Origin: Escherichia coli
Lineage (GTDB): Bacteria > Pseudomonadota > Gammaproteobacteria > Enterobacterales > Enterobacteriaceae
Assembly: GCF_003334785.1 (NCBI RefSeq)
Contig: NZ_QOWV01000010.1
Length of the DNA: 64,000 nucleotides
Direction: 5' to 3' (one strand)
The notes beneath the pieces were generated by a model. It saw only the letters and a list, made by a program, of their open reading frames with translations. It searched no databases and was not told the DNA's origin. A program made the position numbers and the translations under genes. Below, in pieces: positions 46,225 through 57,558 of the stretch; position 1 is the first letter of the stretch, and every line of letters begins with the position of its first letter.

Positions 46225-48327
46225 TTACGCCTTCGAATCCCGCAACTTGCGACTCAGCCAAATCCCGTGATGCGGTCGCTGACGCCATGCCATCGACGAA
46301 ATGGTGTGCATGGTGTTCAGATGACCAATAACCCGCTGTAAATGCTGCTCCAGCGTACCTGCCGCGCCTTCGTGCGGCTGCATCTCCGGCGCATCCATGA
46401 TATTGGCATCGCCAGAACTACCCGGTTCGTCATACTCCAGTCGCTGCTGACAACGCTGAATGGCGATTTCACAAGACTGTAAATACTCTTGTGCCAGTTC
46501 AGGTGGCAATGCCCGGTGTTCCCGCGCCAGCGTGGTCATGGCATTAATATGCTCAACAATAAACTGGCTGTGCGTTACCCACAGTTTCATATCTGCCAGA
46601 TAATGGCTGTTAAACGCCGGTTCCTGCATCGCCTGATTCAATGAGTTATACAGAGTGTTATGTGCCTGATTTACCCGCATTCGCTGCCAGGCCAGTGGCG
46701 TAGGTTGCGGATCCTCGCTAAGAATCAAGCGAATCGCTTCCTGATAGGCTTCTAAAGCATCATGGGCGTTTTTACGCAATAACCCGCTCTGCCACTGCGG
46801 CCACAGCCAGACAGTACCGCCGAAAGCAATTAAACAACCAATAATGGTATCGATAAGACGCGGAAGGATGTATTGCTCGCCGTTCAACCACAATAGTTGC
46901 AGGGTATACACTGCGGTAATAGTAAAACCGACCGTCGCCCAGCCGTAGTTTTTGCGCAATATCAGGTAGCTGGCGAGGGTGGTAATCAGCATCAACGTCA
47001 GGGTGTAACCTTCGGGAATTTTAAAGTGCAGCGCCACGCCCGCAATGATTAACCCGACCACGGTTCCCACGGAGCGATTCACAATCCTCAGACGGGTTGC
47101 GCCATAGCCATTTTGTGTCACCAGCAATACCGTCATCAGGATCCAGTACGACTTCGGCAGATGCAGCGCGGTGCCCATCAGGCTGGCAACGCTTAACATC
47201 ACACTGAGTCGTCCGGCATTGCGTAGCGCCGGAGACTTTAGTGACAGATAACTTTTCAGCGCCGGAAGTAATGGCATTCGCCGCTGTTTATCGGCCAGTA
47301 AGTCACGGGCATAGAGCGGTTTTTGGGTGCGCAGCACGCGGGCGATGCGGCTGAAATGCCAGTAGCAGAATTGCCCAACCGGATTATCCGGATGCTGGCG
47401 GGCGATTTTTTCCAGTGCGCCAATTTGCTTTTCCATCGTAAAACGCGTTGGCAGGCGATGGTAAAGAATGTCATCAGCCAGCACGCGCAGGCGAGCGGCG
47501 ACGGTTTGCGCATTCCAGCGGATAACTTCTTCCGCATGGCTACGCTCGACCAGCTTTTGCACCTCTTCCGGCTGATGCAAACTGACCGAAATATGTTCCT
47601 GTAAATCCAGCGCCTCCTGGAAAATACGCAGCATCCGCTTGTAGTCAGTATTATTTTGCGCGGAAAGCATATGCATTTGCTGATAGCACTGGGTAATTAG
47701 ATCGACCGCTTTTTGCTGGCGCACCAGCAGCGGCGGCAGCGCTTTTTCAGGGTCGGTGTGCTGGGTAAGCAGGCTGTATTTGGCTTCACAATAATCTGCC
47801 AGTTCACGGTACAGCAGACTTAGTGACTCGCGCAGCGGTTGTTCGCGCCAGATCCAGAACCAAAACCAGTTAAACAATCCGTACCAGAGAGTGCCCAACG
47901 CATAGATGAGCAACGGTTCCCAGACCGGCATGTATCCCGCCAAACTGAGGGTAAAAATGGCGGCGAGCAGCGATGCAGGAAGCAATTTTGCGTGCAATGG
48001 CCCCAGCTCAGCAGTGACGCCAAGTACCAGCGTTAATCCGGTCAGCAAAAAGGGCAGGGGAACATCTTTTGCCAGTAGTAGCTGTGTCAGCAAGCTACAG
48101 GTGGCAAACAGCGACGCACCAATGATTAAGCGTTTGAAAAAACGTTTATGAGGCGTATCAAGGCCCGCAATATTGCAACAGGCAGGAACGAGGGAGAAGA
48201 GCAGACCGAATCGTAATTCGCCAAGCATTAACCCAACGGCCACGGGCAAACATAGCACCAGCGTTTGTCGAAGTGCATAGTTGATATCGGGGTGATAAAT
48301 CAGTCTGCGCCACATCGGGGGAAACAA
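46225..48327 (-). CDS. yhfK: Large inner-membrane protein YhfK (FUSC-like putative efflux protein)
   Basis: 700-aa ORF with two hydrophobic blocks separated by a hydrophilic domain. Confidence 0.85.
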   Translation of the reverse strand: MFPPMWRRLIYHPDINYALRQTLVLCLPVAVGLMLGELRFGLLFSLVPACCNIAGLDTPHKRFFKRLIIGASLFATCSLLTQLLLAKDVPLPFLLTGLTLVLGVTAELGPLHAKLLPASLLAAIFTLSLAGYMPVWEPLLIYALGTLWYGLFNWFWFWIWREQPLRESLSLLYRELADYCEAKYSLLTQHTDPEKALPPLLVRQQKAVDLITQCYQQMHMLSAQNNTDYKRMLRIFQEALDLQEHISVSLHQPEEVQKLVERSHAEEVIRWNAQTVAARLRVLADDILYHRLPTRFTMEKQIGALEKIARQHPDNPVGQFCYWHFSRIARVLRTQKPLYARDLLADKQRRMPLLPALKSYLSLKSPALRNAGRLSVMLSVASLMGTALHLPKSYWILMTVLLVTQNGYGATRLRIVNRSVGTVVGLIIAGVALHFKIPEGYTLTLMLITTLASYLILRKNYGWATVGFTITAVYTLQLLWLNGEQYILPRLIDTIIGCLIAFGGTVWLWPQWQSGLLRKNAHDALEAYQEAIRLILSEDPQPTPLAWQRMRVNQAHNTLYNSLNQAMQEPAFNSHYLADMKLWVTHSQFIVEHINAMTTLAREHRALPPELAQEYLQSCEIAIQRCQQRLEYDEPGSSGDANIMDAPEMQPHEGAAGTLEQHLQRVIGHLNTMHTISSMAWRQRPHHGIWLSRKLRDSKA

Positions 48328-48365
48328 AATGGCGCGCTACCAGGTAACGCGCCACTCCGACGGGA

Positions 48366-48998
48366 TTAACGAGTGCCGTAAACGACGATGGTTTTACCGT
48401 GTGCGGAGATCAGGTTCTGATCTTCCAGCATCTTCAGAATGCGTCCCACGGTTTCACGAGAACAGCCGACAATCTGACCAATTTCCTGACGGGTAATTTT
48501 GATTTGCATACCGTCCGGGTGAGTCATAGCGTCTGGTTGTTTTGCCAGATTCAGCAGAGTCTGTGCAATGCGGCCCGTCACGTCGAGGAACGCCAGGTTG
48601 CCCACTTTCTCTGAAGTGACTTGCAGACGACGCGCCATCTGTGCAGACAAACGCATCAGAATGTCCGGGTTTACCTGAATCAATTGGCGAAATTTTTTGT
48701 ACGAAATTTCAGCCACTTCACAGGCGGTTTTCGCACGTACCCATGCGCTACGTTCCTGGCCCTCTTCAAACAGGCCCAGTTCGCCAATAAAATCACCCTG
48801 ATTCAGATAGGAGAGGATCATTTCTTTACCCTCTTCGTCTTTGATCAGCACTGCCACAGAGCCTTTAACGATGTAGTACAGCGTTTCCGCTTTTTCACCC
48901 TGGTGAATAAGCGTGCTCTTGGATGGGTACTTATGAATGTGGCAATGAGACAAGAACCATTCGAGAGTCGGGTCTGTTTGCGGTTTGCCAAGCACCAT
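48366..48998 (-). CDS. crp: cAMP receptor protein (CRP)
   Basis: 210-aa translation ([32 protein letters not shown] ... [17 protein letters not shown]) matches CRP from my recall of the sequence. Confidence 0.98.
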
Positions 48999-49113
48999 GC
49001 GCGGTTATCCTCTGTTATAAGCTTTCTCCAGAGCCAGATAACGCCGCTGTCTCTGGATTGCCGAAATATGCTTCCCGCTACCTGGGAAGGGGCTATCAAC
49101 TGTACTGCACGGT

Positions 49114-49135
49114 AATGTGACGTCCTTTGCATACA
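49114..49135. promoter_or_regulatory. Candidate CRP autoregulatory site in the crp leader region
   Basis: aaTGTGAcgtcctTTGCAtaca resembles the CRP half-site arrangement; lies in the crp 5' region where autoregulation is reported. Exact boundaries are uncertain. Confidence 0.35.
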
Positions 49136-49299
49136 TGCAGTACATCAATGTATTACTGTAGCATCCTGACTGTTTTAGCATAGCTTTCGCTTTGTGTCTC
49201 CTGGTGTCTCGCTTCAGCATGACCCAGGTCGCCTTCCGTTGCGCGATTTGGTTAGTACGCGTACTCTGTCAGGAAAATTGACGCAGTGGAGTAGCAAAA

Positions 49300-49704
49300 A
49301 TGCAAGCGCGAGTGAAGTGGGTCGAAGGGTTAACTTTTCTGGGCGAATCCGCCTCTGGTCATCAGATTTTAATGGACGGCAACTCAGGCGATAAAGCACC
49401 AAGTCCGATGGAAATGGTGTTGATGGCGGCGGGTGGTTGCAGTGCCATCGATGTGGTTTCGATCCTGCAAAAAGGGCGTCAGGATGTGGTCGATTGTGAA
49501 GTAAAATTGACCTCTGAACGCCGCGAAGAGGCACCACGCCTGTTTACGCACATTAATCTGCATTTTATCGTCACCGGTCGCGACCTGAAAGACGCAGCGG
49601 TTGCGCGTGCGGTTGATCTCTCTGCCGAGAAATATTGTTCAGTGGCGTTGATGCTGGAAAAAGCGGTGAATATTACTCACTCGTATGAAGTGGTTGCCGC
49701 GTGA
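49300..49704 (+). CDS. yhfA: OsmC-family protein YhfA
   Basis: 134-aa ORF divergent from crp. Confidence 0.85.
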   Translation: MQARVKWVEGLTFLGESASGHQILMDGNSGDKAPSPMEMVLMAAGGCSAIDVVSILQKGRQDVVDCEVKLTSERREEAPRLFTHINLHFIVTGRDLKDAAVARAVDLSAEKYCSVALMLEKAVNITHSYEVVAA

Positions 49705-49724
49705 CTTAACTATCCCGTTGTGAA

Positions 49725-49746
49725 GCCGGATAGTATTTTATCCGGC
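49725..49746. terminator. Hairpin between convergent yhfA and prkB
   Basis: gccggatagtattttatccggc inverted repeat. Confidence 0.4.
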
Positions 49747-49758
49747 GTAATAGCAGAG

Positions 49759-50628
49759 TTACTCGATTTTCTTTCCTTCCATCAATCGTTGCACCAGCGG
49801 CAGCATAATTAATTCCATTGCCAGACCCATTTTGCCGCCCGGTACCACTAACGTATTGATGTGGGAAATGAATGAGCCTTGCAACATCGCCAGCAGCCAG
49901 GGGAAATCGATCCCTTCCAGATTACGAAAATGGATCACCACAAAGCTTTCATCGAGCGACGGGATACCTTTTGCCGCGAACGGGTTTGAAGTGTCGACGG
50001 TGGGAACGCGCTGGAAGTTAAGATGGGTGCGGGAAAACTGCGGTGTGATGTAGTTGATATAGTCTTCCATTGAACGCACTACTGAGTCCATCACTGCTTC
50101 TCGTGAGTGCCCGCGCTCGCTGGTGTCGCGGATCAGTTTTTGAATCCACTCAAGGTTAACGATAGGCACCACGCCGACCAGTAAGTCCACATGCTGCGCA
50201 ACGTTATGCTGTGGCGTGACTACGCCGCCGTGTAAACCTTCATAAAACAGTACATCAGTGGGTTCCGGTAAAGGTTGCCAGGGGGTGAATGTCCCCGGTA
50301 CCTGATTCCACGGTACGGCTTCGTCGTAGGTATGCAGATATTTGCGAGATTTCCCTTTGCCGCTCTGACCGTATTCAATGAAGGTTTGTTCCAGCAGGCC
50401 GAAGTCGTTAGCCTCGGGGCCGAAGTAGCTGATATGCCGCCCGGCGTCGCGCGCTTTGCGGATCGCCATGTCCATTTCCGGGCGGGTGTAACGGTGAAAA
50501 CTGTCGCCTTCCACCTCAGCTGCATGCAGATTTAACTGCGCGAATATTTTACGAAACGCGAGGCTGGTGGTGGTGGTCCCCGCGCCGCTGGATCCTGTTA
50601 CCGCAATGACCGGATGTTTGGCAGACAT
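49759..50628 (-). CDS. prkB: Phosphoribulokinase homologue
   Basis: 289 aa with an N-terminal P-loop (VTGSSGAGTTT). Confidence 0.9.
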   Translation of the reverse strand: MSAKHPVIAVTGSSGAGTTTTSLAFRKIFAQLNLHAAEVEGDSFHRYTRPEMDMAIRKARDAGRHISYFGPEANDFGLLEQTFIEYGQSGKGKSRKYLHTYDEAVPWNQVPGTFTPWQPLPEPTDVLFYEGLHGGVVTPQHNVAQHVDLLVGVVPIVNLEWIQKLIRDTSERGHSREAVMDSVVRSMEDYINYITPQFSRTHLNFQRVPTVDTSNPFAAKGIPSLDESFVVIHFRNLEGIDFPWLLAMLQGSFISHINTLVVPGGKMGLAMELIMLPLVQRLMEGKKIE

Positions 50629-50681
50629 AGTAACTCCATGACTTAGCTATCATTATTATCTCGTCCGCCGACGGTTGCAGG

Positions 50682-50900
50682 TTATTCGCGAAACTGACTG
50701 CGCGGCATAATATTGACCGTTTCGTGCAGCTCCGACCATACCAGCACCGCTTCTCCGCACTGTAGCTGGCGTTTGACGTCGGCGACTTTCTGTTCAAGTG
50801 TACGCTCATGTTCACCATAATCGGTGCCTTCACGTAACACAAAGCTTTCAATTAAATTTTCCAGCGTTTCGGAGGAGAGGTCTTGCCACGGAATCAACAT
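50682..50900 (-). CDS. yheU: Small conserved protein YheU (UPF0270)
   Basis: 72-aa ORF; its 3' end sits 7 nt from the yheT start. Confidence 0.8.
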   Translation of the reverse strand: MLIPWQDLSSETLENLIESFVLREGTDYGEHERTLEQKVADVKRQLQCGEAVLVWSELHETVNIMPRSQFRE

Positions 50901-51916
50901 GATTTCGCCTCCAGATACGTTGTTAACCAGTCAGGAATGCGTGACTCCAGCCACATTTGCGGATGAAGTAATGTACCGCCAATAAAGCCAACATGACCGC
51001 CATGTTCAGTCAGTTGATACTCCACCTGCGGGGGGAGACTTTCCGGTTTCGGGATCACCTGATGATCCATAAACGGATCGTCTTTGGCGTGAATAATCAG
51101 CGTCGGTTTGGCGATCCGGTTCAGCATCGGCATGGCGCTACACTGACGATAATAGTCGATAGCGTCGGCGTAGCCGTGAATTCTGGCGGTGATGAGATCG
51201 TCAAATTCACGGATGCGACGTACCGATTTTAACTGCGCGAGATTAATCGGCAGCGTTCCGGGGTAGGCTGCCAGCTTGCGCGCGGCATTGGCTTTTAACA
51301 GGTTCAGCAAGTAACGCTGATAAACGCGGGAAAAGCCCTTTTCCATATGATAGCTACAGGCTTCCAGCATAAACGGCGCAGAGACAATCACCGCCGCATC
51401 AACCGGGAGATCATTGCCTTCCTTTGCCAGCAAACAGGCCAGCATATTACCGCCGAGCGAATAGCCGACGGCAGCCGTTGGCGCATGACCAAATTCGCGT
51501 TGCAGCCAGCGTAAAAACCAACTGGCGTCTTCGGTTTCGCCCGAATGGTAAATGCGGTGCATACGGTTTGGTTCACCGCTGCATCCGCGAAAATGCATCA
51601 CCACGCCCAGCCAGCCGCGCTTTTGCGCCGCCTCAACCAGACCGTGGGCGTAAGGGCTGTTGAGACTGCCTTCCAGCCCGTGAAACACCACCAGACGAGG
51701 TTTATGTTGCGCCTGTGCAGGGTTTTCACTCCACGCAAGATCGACAAAATCGCCGTCGGGCAACTCCAGCCGCTGCCAGTACGGGGTGAATTTCACCTGA
51801 CGACGAAACAGACGCGGCAGCATGGTTTGCAGATGACAATTGCTAAAGCCGCGCATGGGGATGAATTCAGCACTGCTGCTGAATTCATTGGCATCGGTCG
51901 TCGTTATCTGCGCCAT
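50894..51916 (-). CDS. yheT: Alpha/beta-hydrolase-fold protein YheT
   Basis: 340 aa with a nucleophile-elbow-like motif (GYSLGG). Confidence 0.85.
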   Translation of the reverse strand: MAQITTTDANEFSSSAEFIPMRGFSNCHLQTMLPRLFRRQVKFTPYWQRLELPDGDFVDLAWSENPAQAQHKPRLVVFHGLEGSLNSPYAHGLVEAAQKRGWLGVVMHFRGCSGEPNRMHRIYHSGETEDASWFLRWLQREFGHAPTAAVGYSLGGNMLACLLAKEGNDLPVDAAVIVSAPFMLEACSYHMEKGFSRVYQRYLLNLLKANAARKLAAYPGTLPINLAQLKSVRRIREFDDLITARIHGYADAIDYYRQCSAMPMLNRIAKPTLIIHAKDDPFMDHQVIPKPESLPPQVEYQLTEHGGHVGFIGGTLLHPQMWLESRIPDWLTTYLEAKSC

Positions 51917-53829
51917 CAGTTGCTTTGGCCTTCCAGCAGCATCTGCTCAAGCTGCTCCTGGGCTTCCAGCCATGCCATTTCGCACTCTTCCAGGCCGGAT
52001 TTGGCGCTGGCTTGCTGTTGCAGGCAGGCGGTCAACTCCGCTTTACGGCTCTGGTCATACAGTTCGCTGTCGCCGAGTTTCTCTTCCGCCTGCGCCAGTT
52101 GCGCGTTCAGCTTCTCCATCTCTTTTTCCAGACGGGCAATCTCTTTACGCAGTGGCTGGGTTTGCGCACGCAGCTCAGCTTCCCGACGCTTCTGATCTTT
52201 ACGTGCCTGGGCGCTGTTCGCATTCTCTTTTGGCGCTTCGTCGGTCTGGTTTTCCTGCTTTTGTACGTCGCTCAACCACTGTTGATAATCTTCCAGATCG
52301 CCGTCGAACGGTTCGACTTTACGATCGTGAACCAGGTAGAGATCGTCAGTGGTGGAACGCAGCAAATGACGGTCGTGCGAAACGACAACCAGCGCGCCTT
52401 CAAACTCGATTAATGCTTCGGTGAGTGCCTGACGCATGTCGAGGTCAAGGTGGTTAGTCGGTTCGTCGAGCAGCAGCAGATTCGGCCGCTGCCAGACAAT
52501 TAATGCCAGCACCAGGCGGGCTTTTTCCCCACCGGAGAAGCGGCGCGTTTCTTCGGTTACTTTATCGCCCTGGAAACCAAAGCCGCCGAGGTAGTCACGC
52601 AGTTTTTGTTCCAGCTCCTGCGGCGCTAAACGTGCCAGATGTTGAATAGGTGATTCGTCGGCGCGCAGGTATTCAAGTTGATGCTGGGCGAAGTAGCCGA
52701 GTTTGATCCCTTTCGCCAGACCAATTTCACCGCTGACTGGCGCAAGTTCACCGGCTAACAGTTTGATTAATGTCGATTTACCCGCGCCATTGCGGCCTAA
52801 CAGACCAATACGCGAGCCGGGCACCAGGTTCAGTTTAATCGAGTCGAGAATAATGCGATCGCCATAGCCCGCGCTGACTTTTTCCATCTTCAGTAACGGA
52901 TTTGGCAGGCTTTCCGGCGCGCGGAAGCTAAAGCGGAACGGGTTGTCGACGTGCGCGGGGGCAATTAGCTCCATACGCTCGAGCATCTTAATGCGGCTCT
53001 GGGCCTGCTTCGCTTTGGTGGCTTTGGCACGGAAACGGTCGATATAACTTTGCAGATGCGCTACGCGTTCCTGCTGGCTTTCGTACATCGCTTGTTGCTG
53101 CGCCAGACGGGTGGCGCGCTGTACTTCAAACGAACTGTAGTTGCCGGTGTACTCGAACATGCTTTGTTGTTCGATATGAATAATTTTATCGACGATCGGA
53201 TCGAGGAAGTCGCGGTCGTGAGAGATCAGGATCAGCGTGCCCTGATAGCTCTTCAGCCATTTTTCCAGCCAGATAACGGCATCGAGATCGAGGTGGTTAG
53301 TCGGTTCGTCGAGCAGCAGCAAGTCTGAACGGCAAATCAGCGCCTGGGCAAGGTTAAGACGCATACGCCAGCCCCCGGAAAAATCACTTACCGGGCGCTC
53401 CAGTTGTTCATTGCTGAAACCGAGGCCGTGCAGCAGGCTGGCAGCACGGGAGCGAATACTCCATGCGTCAATAGCATCCAGCTTGCCATGAATGGTCGCA
53501 ATGGCGTGCCCGTCGTTACGTTCGTTGGCGTCGTGTAGCTGCGCTTCTAGTTGACGATATTCACGGTCGCCGTCAATGACATATTCCAGCGCCGCTTGCG
53601 GTAATGCCGGCGTTTCCTGATTCACCCACGCCAGTTGCCAGCTTCCCGGAAAGGTGTAGCTGCCGCCGTCGGCGCTGATTTCATTTTTCAGCAATGCCAG
53701 CAGGGTAGATTTACCACAGCCGTTTTTACCCACCAGGCCGACTTTCTGCCCAGGGTTGATGGTGGCGGTGGCATTATCCAGCAGGACGCGCACGCCGCGA
53801 CGAATTTGTAACGAGGAGAAAACAATCAT
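51916..53829 (-). CDS. yheS: ABC-F family ATPase YheS (two ABC domains, no transmembrane domain)
   Basis: 637 aa with two Walker A motifs (GKNGCGKST, GRNGAGKST) and two LSGG-type signature regions. Confidence 0.9.
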   Translation of the reverse strand: MIVFSSLQIRRGVRVLLDNATATINPGQKVGLVGKNGCGKSTLLALLKNEISADGGSYTFPGSWQLAWVNQETPALPQAALEYVIDGDREYRQLEAQLHDANERNDGHAIATIHGKLDAIDAWSIRSRAASLLHGLGFSNEQLERPVSDFSGGWRMRLNLAQALICRSDLLLLDEPTNHLDLDAVIWLEKWLKSYQGTLILISHDRDFLDPIVDKIIHIEQQSMFEYTGNYSSFEVQRATRLAQQQAMYESQQERVAHLQSYIDRFRAKATKAKQAQSRIKMLERMELIAPAHVDNPFRFSFRAPESLPNPLLKMEKVSAGYGDRIILDSIKLNLVPGSRIGLLGRNGAGKSTLIKLLAGELAPVSGEIGLAKGIKLGYFAQHQLEYLRADESPIQHLARLAPQELEQKLRDYLGGFGFQGDKVTEETRRFSGGEKARLVLALIVWQRPNLLLLDEPTNHLDLDMRQALTEALIEFEGALVVVSHDRHLLRSTTDDLYLVHDRKVEPFDGDLEDYQQWLSDVQKQENQTDEAPKENANSAQARKDQKRREAELRAQTQPLRKEIARLEKEMEKLNAQLAQAEEKLGDSELYDQSRKAELTACLQQQASAKSGLEECEMAWLEAQEQLEQMLLEGQSN

Positions 53830-53956
53830 AAGGTGCCGTATGTTCAGACTATGTTAACTTATCATTATGATAATGTAATGTATGGGCGAGCTGCCGCACC
53901 GGGCGCAATGGTAGCCCAAAACAGCGACTATACACAAAAACCATACCGGGAGGGGG

Positions 53957-54511
53957 ATGATGTCTCAGCCAGCGAAAGTTTTGCTGCTGTATGCCCATCC
54001 GGAATCTCAGGACTCGGTGGCAAACCGGGTACTGCTTAAACCGGCCACGCAGCTCAGCAATGTTACCGTGCACGACCTTTACGCGCACTATCCCGATTTT
54101 TTTATTGATATCCCCCGTGAGCAGGCATTACTGCGCGAGCACGAGGTGATTGTCTTTCAGCATCCTCTTTATACCTATAGCTGCCCGGCGCTACTGAAAG
54201 AGTGGCTGGACCGGGTATTAAGTCGTGGTTTTGCCAGCGGGCCGGGAGGAAACCAACTGGCGGGAAAGTACTGGCGTAGCGTGATTACCACCGGCGAGCC
54301 GGAAAGTGCTTACCGTTATGACGCGCTGAATCGCTACCCGATGAGCGATGTGCTGCGCCCCTTTGAACTGGCGGCGGGCATGTGCCGGATGCATTGGTTA
54401 AGTCCCATCATTATTTACTGGGCGAGACGGCAAAGCGCACAGGAGCTGGCGAGCCACGCCAGAGCCTACGGTGACTGGCTGGCAAATCCGCTGTCTCCAG
54501 GAGGCCGCTGA
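53957..54511 (+). CDS. kefG: Glutathione-regulated K+ efflux system ancillary protein KefG
   Basis: 184-aa flavodoxin-like protein; stop overlaps the kefB start (TGATG). Confidence 0.9.
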
Positions 54512-56316
54512 TGGAAGGTTCCGATTTTTTACTCGCAGGAGTGCTGTTTCTCTTCGCGGCGGTGGCTGCGGTGCCGCTGGCATCGCGGCTGGGTATTGGC
54601 GCTGTGTTGGGATATTTGCTGGCAGGGATTGCAATTGGCCCGTGGGGGCTGGGGTTTATTAGCGACGTCGATGAGATCCTCCACTTTTCGGAACTCGGCG
54701 TGGTATTCCTGATGTTTATCATCGGCCTTGAGTTGAATCCCTCCAAACTTTGGCAACTGCGGCGTTCGATTTTTGGCGTAGGCGCGGCACAGGTGCTGTT
54801 AAGCGCGGCGTTGCTGGCGGGATTATTGATGCTGACGGATTTCGCCTGGCAGGCGGCGGTGGTCGGTGGCATTGGCCTTGCGATGTCTTCAACTGCAATG
54901 GCGTTGCAATTGATGCGTGAGAAAGGGATGAATCGCAGCGAATCCGGCCAGCTCGGGTTTTCGGTTCTGCTGTTTCAGGATCTGGCAGTAATCCCAGCAC
55001 TGGCGTTAGTGCCGTTGTTGGCGGGGTCGGCAGACGAACATTTCGACTGGATGAAGGTCGGCATGAAGGTGCTGGCGTTTGTCGGCATGCTGATTGGTGG
55101 GCGCTATTTACTGCGTCCGGTATTCCGCTTTATTGCAGCTTCTGGCGTGCGGGAAGTGTTCACCGCCGCGACGCTGCTGCTGGTGTTGGGTTCCGCATTG
55201 TTTATGGATGCGCTGGGGCTGTCGATGGCGCTCGGTACATTTATTGCGGGCGTGCTGCTGGCGGAAAGTGAATATCGCCATGAACTGGAAACGGCTATCG
55301 ATCCCTTCAAAGGCTTGCTGCTCGGTTTGTTCTTTATCTCTGTCGGCATGTCACTCAACCTCGGGGTGCTTTATACCCATCTGTTGTGGGTAGTGATAAG
55401 CGTGGTTGTGCTGGTGGCGGTGAAAATTCTCGTGCTGTATCTGCTGGCGCGATTGTATGGCGTGCGTAGCTCAGAGCGGATGCAGTTTGCTGGCGTGTTG
55501 AGTCAGGGTGGTGAGTTTGCCTTTGTCCTCTTTTCTACCGCTTCTTCACAACGCTTATTCCAGGGCGACCAGATGGCGTTGTTGCTGGTGACGGTGACGC
55601 TTTCCATGATGACCACGCCGTTGCTGATGAAGCTGGTGGATAAATGGCTATCCCGCCAGTTTAACGGACCGGAAGAAGAAGACGAAAAACCGTGGGTCAA
55701 CGATGATAAACCCCAGGTCATTGTCGTGGGCTTCGGGCGTTTTGGTCAGGTGATTGGTCGTTTGCTGATGGCAAATAAAATGCGCATTACCGTGCTGGAG
55801 CGGGATATCAGCGCCGTTAACCTGATGCGTAAATACGGCTACAAAGTTTATTACGGCGACGCCACGCAGGTCGATCTTTTACGTTCTGCGGGTGCAGAGG
55901 CCGCTGAGTCTATCGTCATTACCTGTAACGAGCCGGAAGACACCATGAAGCTGGTGGAAATATGCCAACAGCACTTTCCGCATTTGCATATTCTTGCGCG
56001 AGCGCGCGGACGTGTGGAAGCGCATGAGTTATTACAGGCAGGGGTGACGCAGTTTTCCCGTGAAACATTCTCCAGTGCGTTAGAGCTGGGGCGCAAGACG
56101 CTGGTCACGCTTGGCATGCATCCGCATCAGGCACAGCGAGCGCAACTGCATTTTCGCCGCCTGGATATGCGGATGCTGCGAGAGCTCATCCCAATGCATG
56201 CCGATACCGTACAAATTTCTCGCGCCAGGGAAGCCCGACGCGAACTGGAAGAGATTTTCCAGCGTGAAATGCAACAAGAACGACGCCAGCTGGACGGCTG
56301 GGATGAATTTGAGTAG
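54511..56316 (+). CDS. kefB: Glutathione-regulated potassium-efflux system protein KefB
   Basis: 601 aa: membrane antiporter domain plus a C-terminal KTN/Rossmann domain ([11 protein letters not shown]). Confidence 0.95.
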   Translation: MEGSDFLLAGVLFLFAAVAAVPLASRLGIGAVLGYLLAGIAIGPWGLGFISDVDEILHFSELGVVFLMFIIGLELNPSKLWQLRRSIFGVGAAQVLLSAALLAGLLMLTDFAWQAAVVGGIGLAMSSTAMALQLMREKGMNRSESGQLGFSVLLFQDLAVIPALALVPLLAGSADEHFDWMKVGMKVLAFVGMLIGGRYLLRPVFRFIAASGVREVFTAATLLLVLGSALFMDALGLSMALGTFIAGVLLAESEYRHELETAIDPFKGLLLGLFFISVGMSLNLGVLYTHLLWVVISVVVLVAVKILVLYLLARLYGVRSSERMQFAGVLSQGGEFAFVLFSTASSQRLFQGDQMALLLVTVTLSMMTTPLLMKLVDKWLSRQFNGPEEEDEKPWVNDDKPQVIVVGFGRFGQVIGRLLMANKMRITVLERDISAVNLMRKYGYKVYYGDATQVDLLRSAGAEAAESIVITCNEPEDTMKLVEICQQHFPHLHILARARGRVEAHELLQAGVTQFSRETFSSALELGRKTLVTLGMHPHQAQRAQLHFRRLDMRMLRELIPMHADTVQISRAREARRELEEIFQREMQQERRQLDGWDEFE

Positions 56317-56325
56317 AGGGTAAAG

Positions 56326-56526
56326 ATGGCAATCCGAAAACGTTTTATTGCGGGCGCAAAATGCCCGGCCTGTCAGGCGCAGGATTCAATGGCGATGTGG
56401 CGCGAAAATAATATTGATATTGTTGAATGTGTTAAGTGCGGACATCAGATGCGAGAAGCAGACAAAGAAGCCCGCGATCACGTTCGCAAAGATGAGCAAG
56501 TGATCGGGATTTTTCATCCGGACTAG
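56326..56526 (+). CDS. yheV: Small zinc-ribbon protein YheV
   Basis: 66 aa with two CxxC pairs (CPACQ ... CVKCG). Confidence 0.8.
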   Translation: MAIRKRFIAGAKCPACQAQDSMAMWRENNIDIVECVKCGHQMREADKEARDHVRKDEQVIGIFHPD

Positions 56527-56620
56527 CGATATGCGCCGAGTTTTTTTAAGCTAGTGAGTACACGGCTGCAGAATTCCGCTACAATCTGCGCCACTATTCT
56601 TCCCATGCTCAGGAGATATC

Positions 56621-57211
56621 ATGAAAGTAGCAAAAGACCTGGTGGTCAGCCTGGCCTATCAGGTACGTACAGAAGACGGTGTGTTGGTTGATGAGTCTCC
56701 GGTGAGTGCGCCGCTGGACTACCTGCATGGTCACGGTTCCCTGATCTCTGGCCTGGAAACGGCGCTGGAAGGTCATGAAGTTGGCGACAAATTTGATGTC
56801 GCTGTTGGCGCGAACGACGCTTACGGTCAGTACGACGAAAACCTGGTGCAACGTGTTCCTAAAGACGTATTTATGGGCGTTGATGAACTGCAGGTAGGTA
56901 TGCGTTTCCTGGCTGAAACCGACCAGGGTCCGGTACCGGTTGAAATCACTGCGGTTGAAGACGATCACGTCGTGGTTGATGGTAACCACATGCTGGCCGG
57001 TCAGAACCTGAAATTCAACGTTGAAGTTGTGGCGATTCGCGAAGCGACTGAAGAAGAACTGGCTCATGGTCACGTTCACGGCGCGCACGATCACCACCAC
57101 GATCACGACCACGACGGTTGCTGCGGCGGTCATGGCCACGATCACGGTCATGAACACGGTGGCGAAGGCTGCTGTGGCGGTAAAGGCAACGGCGGTTGCG
57201 GTTGCCACTAA
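56621..57211 (+). CDS. slyD: FKBP-type peptidyl-prolyl isomerase SlyD with metal-binding tail
   Basis: 196 aa with an FKBP domain and a His/Cys/Gly-rich C-terminus (HGHVHGAHDHHHDHDHDGCCGG...). Confidence 0.95.
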   Translation: MKVAKDLVVSLAYQVRTEDGVLVDESPVSAPLDYLHGHGSLISGLETALEGHEVGDKFDVAVGANDAYGQYDENLVQRVPKDVFMGVDELQVGMRFLAETDQGPVPVEITAVEDDHVVVDGNHMLAGQNLKFNVEVVAIREATEEELAHGHVHGAHDHHHDHDHDGCCGGHGHDHGHEHGGEGCCGGKGNGGCGCH

Positions 57212-57226
57212 TACCGAAAAAGTGAC

Positions 57227-57254
57227 AAAAAAGCGGGGAATCCCCGCTTTTTTT
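57227..57254. terminator. Bidirectional rho-independent terminator between slyD and slyX
   Basis: aaaaaagcgggg-aa-tccccgcttttttt. Confidence 0.7.
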
Positions 57255-57259
57255 ACGCC

Positions 57260-57478
57260 TCAATAATGTGGCGGTGGCGTTTCTTCAGCCTGCGACGCGA
57301 TGTTCGACGGCTGGCTGGCTTTTAACTTCTCGGTCAGCAGACGCAGATGATCGCGCAGTTTCGCCATCTCCATTTCATGAGCGGTCACCGTGACGTTCAG
57401 TTCTTCAATGGTGATTTCCTGAAAAGCCAGTCGGCTCTCCAGCTCTGCCAGGCGTGCTTCCAATGATAAATCCTGCAT
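57260..57478 (-). CDS. slyX: Protein SlyX
   Basis: 72-aa coiled-coil-like ORF convergent with slyD. Confidence 0.85.
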
Positions 57479-57558
57479 GATTCACCTCTTTTGTCGAATG
57501 GTCGCCGCGGATTCTACTTAACTTTGCTGCCCGAGACAGCACTCATTTCGCGGTCATC

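Noticed and set aside
51545-52413. 216-aa and 162-aa ORFs on the plus strand
   Set aside because: Antisense to yheT and yheS; low-complexity translations.
56609-57266. Two ORFs (199 aa minus strand, 81 aa plus strand) rich in Val/Thr/Ala runs
   Set aside because: Both overlap slyD and its His/Asp/Gly/Cys-rich tail; they are alternative-frame or antisense readings of the repetitive GAC/CAC/GGT codons that encode the SlyD metal-binding tail.
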